64,000 nt of DNA from Guillardia theta CCMP2712 (GCF_000315625.1 NW_005434627.1:512592-576591), one strand, 5' to 3'. Counted from the first letter of the stretch, positions 51,965 to 63,960 are shown. Numbers and translations are program-made. Notes: a model not told the origin generated them from the sequence alone.

Positions 51965-53550
51965 CATGCTGGTCGCTGGGGCGCCAGGACAGCACCACAA
52001 AGGCTTAGGTCGGAAAGGCTTCGTCGCTGTAGGGGCCAACGTCATCTGGAGACAGAGGGAGGTGGAGTGGATCGTCTCCTCGAGCTGCCCAGAGGCGAAT
52101 GATACAGCATTTCGAGCTTTCCGAGAGAGCGAAGCGATGGAGGGAGTACACCTGACTCTGTTCAGCGAGGACCCGAAGATCAGAGAGGCGCTCGCAGTCG
52201 AGTTGACAGCTGATCGCTTTGTGTCCAGAAATAAGTTGAAGAAGGCATCAAGGATGCAGAAGAAGGCAGGCGGCAAGGACGGCAAGGAGATCAAGATCAT
52301 CATCAAGTCGACGGCGGCATCTGGTCGCTTCACGAGGAAGGAGATGGAGGGGCTGTGCAACGGCGGCAACACGTCCATCGCAAGAGTCAAGAGAGTCTTG
52401 TTGGAGATCGCTAACAGGCTCGAGATCAAAGTTGAAGGCATCGACATGGAGGAGGATTTGAACACCAAGTCCTGGAACGGGTCCAAGCTCACGGAGGATG
52501 CTCGATGCATGATGAAGGAGCTGCCCTTCTATCTCGAAGGCGCAGCAACCAAGCTCGAAGCAGTCGGCTTCGACAAGGAGCCTGAGGCGGCTGGTCAGCG
52601 GGGCACCAGCGACGCAGCGCAGCGACAGGAGGAGAGCGAGGGAGAGTGGCTGGAGTTTACAGACCTGGAGAGGATCACAATGGAGGCAGCATCTCCGTCA
52701 AGCCAAGAGGACATGCAGCTCGTCAGCGAGCTGTCAGCAGTCATCGAAGATGCAACTTCTTTGAACGAGGCGGGGACGAGCGAGCCGATCAAGCTGGTCC
52801 TGGACAAGGCCGTTGGCAACCTCCACGACACCTTCTACTCTCCGGGGAGCCTGGAGTTCATGTCGCTGGGAGAGTGGGCGAAGACGCCAGAGGAGCAGGG
52901 AGTGGGCTGGACTCGCGTGCAAGGAGAGAGCAAGAAGGCAAGGAGGGGCAGCGCGTTCTCGCCACGGGCAACGGCAGCTGCTGAGCTTGAGCAGGAGGCG
53001 GAGAGCGACGACATAGAGCGTCGATCTCTTAGCTTCCTGTTCATAGCACTGAGTAAATTCGCAGAGATGCATGTGCTGGCCTGCTCGCTGAAGGTGGACA
53101 AGAAGGACCGACTGCGGGTGGAGATGAGGGAAGATGGCGAAGAAGAGGAAGACATGGAGGAAGAGCAAGGCGAGGGCGAGGAAGAAGACGGGGCGAGCCC
53201 GTACCGAGCTTGAGCTGAGCTCAAGGTAAGTAGAGAAGGTGGAGGCGACCGAAGGCCAAGGTGAGGAGAGGCAACTCTCCTGACTGAGGCTGAGGAAGCT
53301 GAATGGAGGAGGAGTAGGTGGCGACCGAAGGCCAAGGTGAGGAGAGGCAACTCTCCTGACTGAGGCTGAGGAAGCCAAGAGAAGACAGCAGAAGTAGAAA
53401 GTAGAAAGAGACCTCAGAAGCAGGGTTCGCATTGTAGGCCGTGTACTCCCAGTGCTCGAGCGCCTCTTTAGACTAGGATCAAATTGCAAAAGCCCACAAG
53501 GAGGCCGAGCAACATTCTAGCATTCTAATAAACTCACATGATAATAAAAA
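51965..53550 (+). mobile_element. 5'-truncated telomere-associated retroelement copy (ORF1 C-half 51966-53213, repeats, 3' UTR, tail)
   Basis: Starts mid-ORF1 directly after a telomeric spacer and ends CTAGCATTCTAATAAA..ATAATAAAAA. The 18-nt spacer is on both sides. Confidence 0.85.
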
Positions 53551-53657
53551 TAGGGTTTAGGGTTTAGGAGGCTCGCTTTCTTGGGGCAGGCTCGCTTTCT
53601 TGGGGCAGGCTCGCTTTCTTGGGGCAGGGGTTTAGGGTTTAGGGTTTAGGGTTTAGG

Positions 53658-54350
53658 AGGCCGCCGGACTCAAAAGCAGGCCGCCGGACTCAAAAGCAGG
53701 CCGCCGGACTCAAAAGCAGGCCGCCGGACTCAAAAGCATGCAGTCCTCCCCCACAGTTTGAGGGGGATCCTTGCGAGCTAGGGTGCTGAACAGGATATTT
53801 TTCTGTGCAGAAACGGTTGTTTGATCATGTGGTATCTATCCAAAGAGGAAAGGAAACAGATTGCTCGTGTCCGAGTTTCCCAGTTCCTAAACAAGGACAC
53901 GACACCTTCAGCACCTTCGCTAGGAGAGCTGATCCGAAGATTGGAACACTTCGTCAGGCAGTACCCTCAGAGCAGGACAGGCAGAGCCTTGCAGTCCAAG
54001 GAAGTCTCGATGAACGCCTTAGCCGAAGCCATTCGACAGACCTGCAAACATGCTGAAGTCAGGAGCCAGGAGGATGCCATCAAAGAATGGGGGGAAGAAG
54101 GACAGTCGTGGTATGTCTCTGCATGGAACGCAGACAAACAGGAGGTACTAGACAAGAGTGCCTCCATCGATGCTTCAGGAGCGTCTCCCGAGAATGGTAA
54201 ACTGATAACTATGGCTATCCTCGGAGTACCTGCTCAGTACATAAAACAAGTAGAAGTACTGTGCGCCAAGTTGAAGGACCAAGGACTCATGGTGCACGAG
54301 GAGCAGGGCAAGAAATGCATCTCGTGGAGAGCCCCGATCAAGAAAGATTT
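53658..54350 (+). mobile_element. diverged subfamily of the same retroelement (5' end and ORF1 N-part)
   Basis: 4x 20-bp leader. ORF 53821 aligns by eye with ORF1 43236: YPQSRT/YPNSRT, AEAIRQTC/AEAIRSTC, ISWRAP/IMWKAP. Confidence 0.75.
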
Positions 54351-54529
54351 AATCCCATGGGCTTCGCGAGCAGGGAGGGCGGTGGGCTGTGATAGAACCG
54401 CCAAAAAAACAGGCGCCGGGGAGACCGGGGGAGCCGGGGCAAGGCGGGGAGGGAGGGAGGAGGATGGCGATACGCGACGTCGTGGTTCGGGCATTCTACT
54501 GCCTGAGCTCGCTAAGCCATTTCGTGCTG

Positions 54530-54987
54530 CCGCTTGATCGGAACGCGTCGTGCTCCAAATGGACAGGCTATGATCAAGTCAGTGAGAACAATTGGCTCCC
54601 TGCTCGTGAATTGCAGAAGAAATCAGGTCTTCGCGACCTCATCCGTCAATTTGAAGAACGTGAAGCTCTTCAAGCTTTACCCTCCAACGCCTTGGACTCC
54701 TCCGACTCGTCTGAAGTGGAACTTTGAATCCTGTCGTTCATCTCCTCATGGTAAGAGCGAAGGACAAGTTGGTACTAAGTTGTCAAGCGCAGATGGAGCG
54801 ATGTTGTATCCATGAGGATCCGGAACCTCGGATACTCGTCGGATACTCTGCCGGATATTCCCTATATAGGCGGACGCATCTCGTGCGGACGGCCTCCTGA
54901 ATTTCCCCCACTTGCATGCGCAGTGAGTGTGGTGGTTGTGCGTAGTTTACTCGTGTCGTTGACTATCTCTGTGTTGTGTATACAACA
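54530..54987 (+). mobile_element. 3' relic of a chromodomain-bearing LTR retrotransposon with its 3' LTR (54802-54987)
   Basis: KWTGYDQVSENNWLPARELQ..LIRQFE chromodomain C-half, followed by a TGTTGTAT..ATACAACA LTR homologous to 35375-35513. Confidence 0.75.
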
Positions 54988-55555
54988 GCCTTACTTTGCT
55001 CTTGAGGCAGCCTGTACCGAAGTGAACCTGTATTAGCACATGGAGCACTACAAGGCTGTGGAGATTGACAAGTATGAGGCGACAAAGGATTGATATCGAT
55101 GCGGAAGAATGAGAGAAAGAGAGTCGAAGAGAAACGGCGGGGCTTTGAAAGCAGTGGCAACTGAGGTAGGAGGTTTGGAAAGGTGTGGAGATATGCACCA
55201 GATGTTGAAGAGCTCGGATATTATCTCGCCGCATGTAAATGTTGAATTGAACATCCTGCTAGGCTTCAGAGAAGTCCCGAATAGACCGGAGCATCTCGCT
55301 GTGTAGGGGAACCACCATGTGCGAAGTTGATTCATAGAGTAATCAGTGACGTGAGATGAACCTGCTCTTGGTCGAGCTTCGGATTGGAATCTCCATGGCA
55401 GAACAAACACAGGGCAGGGCGAGCGGCGACGGCTACAAAATGGGGAAGGGGACCGCGATGGACCAAAAGTAACCTTTTCAATGCATCAAGGGAAATCAGA
55501 AGTAATCTTTTCATAGAATAAAAAAAATACTTCTCAGAAGCGAAAACGTCTGCTT

Positions 55556-56923
55556 TCAGTGCTTGGGGATGAGGGTCATGACGTGGCTTTCGAGCTTCCA
55601 GCAGTTGCCGAGTTCGAGCGTGATGCTCTTCCCCTTGAAGGGCGGCGTCGCGCAGGAGAGGCTCGTGTTGTAGCCCATCTCGAAGTCCGCAGAGACGGTC
55701 GCTATCTCGGCTCCCGCGGGGTTGTAGGTCTTTGTCACCTGACCCCGGACGCACTCGACGGTGGGCTCCCTGCGCTTGTAGGCCTTGGCCACGAAGGCAT
55801 CGGCCTCGGCGAGCTCCTCCTTGGTCATCTCCTTCCTCAGTTCGCCGTTCAGTGTCTGCATCAGCGACTCGGACTTGATGTAGCGCCCCTTGTGCTGCGC
55901 CGTCAGCCTCCTCGCCTCGTCGGAGAGGGGCTCGGGACGCATCCTCAGGATCTCCCTCATCACCTGGTTGCTGACGTGGATCTTGGTGATCTTCCTGGCG
56001 TGGCTGTGAAGGGCGTGGGCCTGCCCGCACACCAGGTCGCACCTGTTAGTCCCGTGCTTGTCGTCAATAAACCGTTCTGCTGCAAGGCGTGGATCCCATT
56101 GCTCCACCCCACGGGGACGTCGCTCCCCACCATCTTCACCACGCTGGCCGCCAGGGCCTGCGACGATCCCTCCGGGGAGGGCATGTAGAGCAGGTCCAGC
56201 ACGTAGGTACCGTCCTTGCCCTCGTGGAGAGGCCGGACTCCTCCATGCTCTTCGAGACGGCCTTGACGGCCCGTGCCTGCGTCGTCCACTCGAGCTCGGG
56301 GGAGCGGCGTTGCACCTCACCATGTCCCTGGCCGAGAGCAAGACGCTGCCGAAGCGGGAGGTGATCTGGTAACCCCCGACCTTGTCACTCACCTTGCTCA
56401 AGCCGTGGAAGACCGAGCAGGGGAGGAGAGTGCTGGAGATCCGCTCGTCCACCGGCGAGTGATCCTCCGGCCTCTCGGCTTTGCTGTCCTTGGCGTGCAG
56501 GGCTCGAACGTGGGTCAGCATCGCCTCCCTGAGCTGCTGGAGGTCCTCGAAGAGTGTGTTGCAGGGGGATAGAACGATGGAAGCGCTGGAACCGTAGGCA
56601 CACCAGTCCCCGCCCTTTGGTAGGCCCTTCGGGATCTTCACCATCGCGGTGCCGATGAGCGCCGCCTCGGGCTCCTCCTTGCTCAGGACGCACTTGATGA
56701 GGGTTTGGCACTCCGAGGGCTTCAACGACCTCATGGGCGTCAGCAGGCCGTCCTTCAGCACCGCGTTGATCGTGGTCGCGACCGCCTCATTCTGGAAGGT
56801 CTGCAGGTTGTGATAGCTGTGTGTGCTGTTGGGGCCGGTGCTGGCAGCTTGCGAGCTGTCCTTGGCAATCACGGGGCGCTGCGCCGACGGTCGGTTCGAA
56901 GACATGTATCCCAGTGCTACCAT
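55556..56923 (-). pseudogene. intronless hypothetical protein, probably with compensating frameshifts (virus-like block)
   Basis: Long GC-rich ORF. The middle (~56070-56290) reads more plausibly in the alternative frame (ORF 55960-56289). Confidence 0.5.
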
Positions 56924-57060
56924 GCCGTCCCGTCTCGGTTCCGACCTAAATAGAGATGATGCGGCACACCACAGCGCTGGGGCGGGAGTGGCCGGGCAGG
57001 GTCTGAATCTTTTACTTTCCACATTTCCACACATACACATACACACACACACACAGGCCC

Positions 57061-58748
57061 TCAGATGGCAAGCTCCTCGATGACGTGCCCCGTCTGGGTG
57101 ATGTCCGCGTACCCCCCGGAGCTGGCCGGCACCACGAAGGCCTGGATCAGCAGCCCACACACGAGACAGCCGGCGAAGATCATGCAGGCGAGAAGCAGGA
57201 GGAAGGCGGAGCTGAAGCCGGGCCCGACGTTCTGCACCCTCACCGTCATGTCACGGATGAAGATGTCCGCCCCCCACACACCCTTCACCGAGGTGCTGTT
57301 GACTAGGGACACAGTAGACTCGAAGATCGCGTTCACAACGTCCGTGAGCGTCAGGCCCTGCGCGTCAAGGTACGAAACCACCTCCAGGGCCACCGCGTCC
57401 ACCGGCGGCGGGGCCATCTGCCTTCTCGAGTCCATCGGCACCCTGACCCTGCCCCCCGACCTCCTGAGTCACGACGGGGTAGGCGGCGACGTCGATCACC
57501 CCCTCCTGATTGAACACCCCCAGGCGCTGCAGCCACTCGGGAAAGCGGTAGGGGGTAGAGACCTGCTGCCGGAGGAAGGTAGATCGACCGGAGAGTCTGC
57601 ATGTAGACCCTCCACTCCCTCGCGTACTGGCTGTTGTGGAGCTGGGCCACCGTCCGCACGGGTGTCCTGCTCCCATGGATCACAACGAGGCTGTTGCCCA
57701 GAGCCAGGCTCAGGTTGGACGACAGGCTGCCACGGTCCACCCAGGCCCCCACCCCGGGGGCGGACTGGAGCGTCAGGTTCTGCGGCACCACCGGAACCCC
57801 AAACTGCTGCGAGAGCTCCGTCGTGTTGAGGATCAGCCAGAAGGTGTACCCGACAGCGACGCCGAGGGAGGGAGGGGGGAGGCAGGTGGCGCCCTCCGAC
57901 CCGGGCCCCCCGCTCTGGTCGGCATGCATGGGGAAGGAGTAGTAGCCCTGCCTGCAGAACCACTGGCAAACCTTGGCGGTGGATTCCGGGCTCTCGTACC
58001 TCGCGAGCCAGAAGCTGTTGGCAGGGCTGTAGAGCCCCGAGACCGAGCACTGCTGCACGTCCGAGTAGCTCCTCGCATAGAGGTCGTTGATGTCACGGAG
58101 GAGCACCGCCTGGTACGGCACGAAGACGAGGTCGAGCACCCCTCCGCTGAACTGCTGGTACACGACCAGGAACCGGAAGTCTATCACGTAGTTCTTCTTC
58201 TCGTCGAGGTACTCGAAGCCGTAGAGCTGGGCCGAGGTGTGGGGAACGAAGAGGGTGCCGGAGGGGTAATCGAAGCGGATGCCCTCCGAGCCCCGCACCT
58301 GACCGAAGGCGGTGAGGTTGGACAGCGCAAGGGCCCAGCCGTCCATGTTCGAGGCACCGCCCCCCAGCCCTGCGACGGCCCCGGAGAGCGCGTCGTTGAA
58401 GTAGTGGGTACGGTTCAGAAGGTCCGCGTAGCAGCAGTAGGACATCGTGATCCCGCACCACGGCGCCTGCTCAGTCAGGAAGTTGTAGCTCGGACCGGTG
58501 GGCTGCCGCTGGTCCAGCACGAAGGCGGCATAGACCTCCCCCGGCTGCATCGCCGGGACCGTGAACTTCATCGACCAGAGCTGGCCGGCGTAGTCGAAAG
58601 TCACCGACGAGGCCGAGTGCAGCGTGGCGGTGGTCATGACGTTCACATTATCATACACGGGGATGAAGCCCTGGCCCGCGCACACGGGCAGGCAACAGAC
58701 AGAGGCAAGGCCCACCGCCAGGGTCAGCGGAAGCCAGGATCTCACCAT
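57061..58748 (-). pseudogene. intronless type I membrane glycoprotein, frameshifted near 57.5 kb
   Basis: Signal peptide MVRSWLPLTLAVGLASVCC and Cys motif PANSFW..CQWFCRQGYY. The C-terminal TM lies in the overlapping ORF 57061-57441. Confidence 0.6.
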
Positions 58749-58797
58749 GCCCCCCTTCCCGTTCCGAAGTTCGGGAAAGACGGCGTTTGATGCTGCT

Positions 58798-59955
58798 TTA
58801 TAGAGTGCTCGACGCTGGGAGGGGCGACCCCTTCTCTGGATCCTCCCAGTCTCTCCTCCTCTTCAAACCGCATTGCCTTTCCGTAATGGCTTGATACAGT
58901 GACTCTTTCGAGAGGTTACGGTGACTCAGGCATCGGGTCTTGCTCAGTACCCTGGTTAGTCTTGACGCCAGCCTCTGCACAGCCGAAGTTACAGGCTCTC
59001 CCTTGCAGGCGTCGTGCTTGGTCACGTACTCGGTCAGGATTGCTATTTCCGCCGCACAGTCGAAGCAGTGGTCGTACCCAGGGTAGGCAGGATTGGTCTC
59101 TTGTTCATGCCGGTAGCGCGCAACCCTCCGCACTGTGTTGAACCAGAACAGCTGCTCCTCATACTCTCGGTTATCATAAAGGCGAAGGCCCGCATCCTTC
59201 CTCACCACAAGCCTACACTCCGTGGTGCTGCAGGGCCCCCATATGGGTAGCATCAAGTATCCATCCAGGTACTTGGTCTTTCCATCCGACCATGGCAGCT
59301 GAAACTTCAGTATGGCAGCAGCTGGATTGATAATCTTGACAAAGACCGCCTGTAGCGCCATATCGCGGTGTATTTTCAACTCGTTCTCATCGGTCGACTC
59401 CCTCCTGTAGTTTGCCGAGCGGATATCGGATATGACCAGAAGGTCAGTCCTCCCCTTGTACTCCTCCGCCATGGACTCATCGAAAAGCCTGTTGATGACC
59501 CTGAATCTTGCATTCATGGCCAGTATGCCACTGTGAAACGGTGAAGGGTCAATGAGGGTGAAATGAAGATCAGGAAATAGATCAGCAATCACGAGGAGGT
59601 GCGCTCCGATGTAGAGCACCTCACGGATGCCAGGGTTGCAGTGATCTAGAATAAACTTGATCTCACACATCAGAAGCTTTCTCTGCCCCCAGTGCCTTGT
59701 CGTCTTCTCCGAGCTGTCGCGAGGGAAGTAGACACGCCTGGGTGCATCCCTCTGTAGGAACAGTTGTAGATCAAGGTCAGTCCGGCTACCCATATCCGAA
59801 AGAGCCTGCAACACGTGAGGGTTAGTTTCTGCCTCTTCGAACCTCGTCTCACCCCTGACCATAGGACCAGCATGTGACATGCACGGAAAGCGGTCATTTA
59901 TACTCTGACTTTGACAGATGTCTTTCTTACAAAGAGGTTTATTCATGCTTACCAA
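58798..59955 (-). CDS. poxvirus VP39-like cap-specific mRNA 2'-O-methyltransferase / poly(A) polymerase regulatory subunit
   Basis: HWGQRKLL, LIDPSPF, ISDIRS, LKFQLPW and TECRL give the K-D-K-E tetrad. The gene is intronless. Confidence 0.9.
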   Translation of the reverse strand: MVSMNKPLCKKDICQSQSINDRFPCMSHAGPMVRGETRFEEAETNPHVLQALSDMGSRTDLDLQLFLQRDAPRRVYFPRDSSEKTTRHWGQRKLLMCEIKFILDHCNPGIREVLYIGAHLLVIADLFPDLHFTLIDPSPFHSGILAMNARFRVINRLFDESMAEEYKGRTDLLVISDIRSANYRRESTDENELKIHRDMALQAVFVKIINPAAAILKFQLPWSDGKTKYLDGYLMLPIWGPCSTTECRLVVRKDAGLRLYDNREYEEQLFWFNTVRRVARYRHEQETNPAYPGYDHCFDCAAEIAILTEYVTKHDACKGEPVTSAVQRLASRLTRVLSKTRCLSHRNLSKESLYQAITERQCGLKRRRDWEDPEKGSPLPASSTL

Positions 59956-60139
59956 GAGCTGGTCTTCTCTAAAAGCTCGTCAATCATCAGGCTGTTCTGA
60001 TGGTTGATAGTCCCGGTCGAGAAGCGGACGGTGCGAGCGCCGCGGGTTCCGCGCTGACCCGCCCTGAGGAGGCGGGTGCCGCTCAGGCACCATTCCATGG
60101 CATTTACTAATGCCCAATTATAAACTTATATCCTTTTAA

Positions 60140-63100
60140 CAAACACTTGTACCTGTTAATTTGATCATAAGCATACAGTTTTTAGTCAATTTTGTACCAG
60201 AATGATTTGTACCACTCAGTACTCTTTTATATTTGTTTTAAGCATTTGAGTTCCGGCTTACACGCCTCTTGGCTGCTCTCTACCCTGTGTACCGGTATGT
60301 TTGTCTGATATGGAGGGGGTTAGGTTATTCGTATATTTCGATACACGCTCATGAAATCTTATTAGTGTCAGCCATTGACGAGTGTAGTAAATCCAGCCAA
60401 TAAGTATTTTTGTTTTCAAATCAAGGAGTCGTATGCCAGCTAGCAACGGAAACCTTTTTTTTCTACACCGGTTGTTTTGTATGGATACCTACGGGTGCCA
60501 CCGAAACACAGGTCCCCTTGCCCCCGATCAAAAGGCAATTATTATAATAATAATTTTCAAGTGTGAAAATTCCAAAACAGGAGATTACAGGAGATTACAG
60601 TTCTTACAGGAGATTACAGGAGATTACAGACCAAAACAGGAGATTACAGTTCTTTATTGTCGGTTTTTCCATTTACTATAGAAGTAACATAAAAATTGTT
60701 CGGAAATGGACCCCACCCCTCCAAATCTATCATTTAGTACCCACCCCTGCATGTCGAACCCCCATCCCCACCCTCCGCTTTGTGTGGCCACCCGCCTCAG
60801 AGTGTCCAACACTTAGCCAAATTTTCACAGTTCGAGTCAACACACAACTTGAACGCATCGTTGCATCTTTACGGCCATGATTTTGTTGCATAGATACCTC
60901 AAGCTGTTGTAGCAATAGCAGGCGATTTTCCTCATTCTTTCCCTGAGACTGTTTAAAATAGTTGACAATCTCCTTGAATTCCACCTCCATCTTTTGCATC
61001 ATGCTGTCTTGCTTCAGTCTCAGCTGTTCATTGGCTGCCACCAGCTGTTCATTGGCTGCCACCAGCTGTTCATTGCCTGCCACCACTTGATCAAGCTTCT
61101 CTTGCAAAAGTTGTGTCTTCATCATCCACTGCTTTTCGTGAACCAGTGATGTGACATGAGGCGGACATCCAGTACTACGATAAATGGGAACCTGCACAGT
61201 GCACATCATGTTCTCGGAACTTTCATTCATCTCTATGGGTACGTCTGTAGGAAGCAGAACTAAAACTTGCTCTTTCAGCTGTTCATAAATTCCAGTATCC
61301 CGAAACAATGCGCAGCTCCATAATGGATGACTGGGGTCCAACTCCTTTCTCAAGTAATCGAAATGATACACAATGCTTGCTAAGCAATGTATCAGAATCC
61401 CATTCATATTCCCTGGCAATGTAGGAAAACATAACTGAATCGTACTCTGTACTAATTCATCATTTCCCTTCTTGAACTGTGGAGGTAATGACGCAAACAT
61501 CGCCGAATGAATGGGTAATCCACAGGCCGTACGACCAACAAACAGATCTGATGCAGCCTCGTACTTGAAGTAAGTCTTGGGAATTGTTCCGTTGTTCCAA
61601 CTGGCTCGGTCAGAAACCGCGGTAACTGATGGACAGTGAGTAGAACCACTTGTACAATACGTCGCTGCACCCTACACGTAGGGTTCAAACAATCTTCACA
61701 TCATCAATCAATATCTCACCTTTCGAATGGAGTGGGTGCCTAAATCCTCCTTGTTCATCCCAAGTCTTTGCAGCTCCTGACAGACAGCTTTCCGAATGGC
61801 TCGGTAATCATACGGAGCATCCTGTGCGTTAGAAGATTCATCACACTCACCCCGTTCGGGCAGTGTCATGACTTTCTGCAGACAATTGACAAAACGATGG
61901 TATTGACTGCCACCTATCATGCCCAAAAAATGCATCATTATCAACCACATTTCATGCCAAGTACACCTGGAAACAACTTCCTGGTGTCTGGAGAATGACT
62001 CATAAGGTACACACCCATAGCAAGAATGGGGCAAATTGCAGGACAGATCGGATTGGCATATATTGATTTCGGCTCGTTCCGTTCTCCAACTTGATCTGTC
62101 TTGCTATGAGGAAAACATATCCACATGTGATCGTCTTTCCATCCCATGTGTTGAAACAGAATCTCAGCCGTATTGACAGATCTGCAGATCAGATTCCAAC
62201 TTAGTATCAGGAAGGTACGACCAACTATTAAATCCATCTTCTTACATTTCAGCAACTCTCCACCCATTATGACATACAAACTAAAGGGTAATGGATCCTT
62301 GCCAGATGACAATTTCGTTCCACTCACGGCTCTCTCATCTGCGATGGTGTTCTGAAGACCTTTATAGAAATCGGCTATCTGAACGTCGAACTTTCTCCTG
62401 TACGTTTTGGTCTTGTGGTGCCTTCTATAGAAATGCCTAACACCTGATCTCAAAGCTACGTATGACGAGAATTTCAACTTTTTTTTCATCATGACATTTA
62501 CCACATAGCTGGTCCATTGCTTGTATGAGAACCTTCTCGTGTTGAATGGTAACAATTCTCTTCTCTTCAACAATTCTTTGATCTTCTTGGTAATTGGACC
62601 ACGATTTCTGGGTTCGTTGTCTAAACAACTCTTGAATTCGTGATTCAAACAAAATGGTTTGGTTTCATACAACCATGCAATCAGCTGACTTACAGAACTG
62701 AAGTAACATGCCTTCGAATTGTCCGAGAGCATCCTGTCTTTGACAGACTCGATTTTTTCTCTTGTTTCTTGTTCGTCCTCGCCTTCCATTTCCTCCACTT
62801 CCTCGTTATCGTCCTCGTCGTCGTCTTCTTCTGTGATCGTTCTCCTTGTTGCATACCCGTCTAGTTCTGTTAGTCCCTGAAACGTATTCTGTGATCGTTC
62901 TCCTTGTTGCATACCCGTCTAGTTCTGTTAGTCCCTGAAACGTATTCCACAATTGATTCCGCGATTTGTTCTTCAGAGATGGAAGGAACAACTTTTGGGG
63001 TTTGCTGCTGCGCTGAAGTTTTTGGTCCCTTTGTTCCTTTTGGGTTGCGAGTCGAGCAACCACAATCACTCCACTCTTCACTCCATTCACTAGCACAAAG

Positions 63101-63960
63101 ATGATGAAACATGTTTGAGCAGACAGTACATTGATACAGTTGAGCTGCGTCGTCCCTAACCTTGCATCGTGAACCGAACAAGCATTTCTGACGGCTACCT
63201 TGTGATCCAGCGGCTGTGGCCATGCTGAGCGATTTGCGCGGGTTGCAGGTATGAAAGGGGGGGTGGGGGGTGGAGGGGGCCGGGGGCTGCAATAAACTAC
63301 TACGCAGGAGGCTCAGGATTTAGGGGGTAGGAGCAATTAGAGGTCCAGAGTTGAGTGAAAAAAAATCTCTAATTGAAATTTCCTGTTTTGGTCATGATGT
63401 TTTTCAATAAATTTTTACAAATAAGACATCCCCTCTGTCAACCCGTAAAAGTAGGGGTACTCAGATTCCGCACCCCTAAAATAGTTTTAATAAAGTTTGG
63501 GATTTCAGGAAATCCGGCGGACAGGAATTTGAACTAGGAAAAATCCTGAAAACGCTAGCTAATTGCCTTTTGATCGGGGGCAAGGGGACCTGTGTTTCGG
63601 TGGCACCCGTAGGTATCCATACAAAACAACCGGTGTAGAAAAAAAAGGTTTCCGTTGCTAGCTGGCATACGACTCCTTGATTTGAAAACAAAAATACTTA
63701 TTGGCTGGATTTACTACACTCGTCAATGGCTGACACTAATAAGATTTCATGAGCGTGTATCGAAATATACGAATAACCCTACCCCCTCCATATCAGACAA
63801 CTTACCGGTACACAGGGTAGAGAGCAGCCAAGAGGCGTGTAAGCCGGAACTCAAATGCTTAAAACAAATATAAAAGAGTACTGAGTGGTACAAATCATTC
63901 TGGTACAAAATTGACTAAAAACTGTATGCTTATGATCAAATTAACAGGTACAAGTGTTTG
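60140..63960. mobile_element. tyrosine-recombinase element with ~400-bp TIRs and flanking TTTAA direct repeats
   Basis: 60140-60541 is a near-perfect inverted copy of 63560-63960. TTTAA occurs at 60135-60139 and 63961-63965. Confidence 0.9.
60730..63223 (-). CDS. Crypton-type tyrosine recombinase with an N-terminal PHD-like finger and a C-terminal coiled coil
   Basis: WNLICRS, HSKTDQ, ANPICPAICP, LFPG|GSQY (intron 61914-61966), THSIRK|GAATY (intron 61672-61719), RASW..TYFKY, FASLPPQF. PHD-like CTVCSNMFHHLC. Confidence 0.85.

Noticed and set aside
38315-53657. Penelope/Athena (Terminon)-type telomeric elements or a real chromosome end
   Set aside because: 3' ends run into G-strand rather than C-strand repeats, no canonical hammerhead or RT is seen, and the tracts are short and internal.
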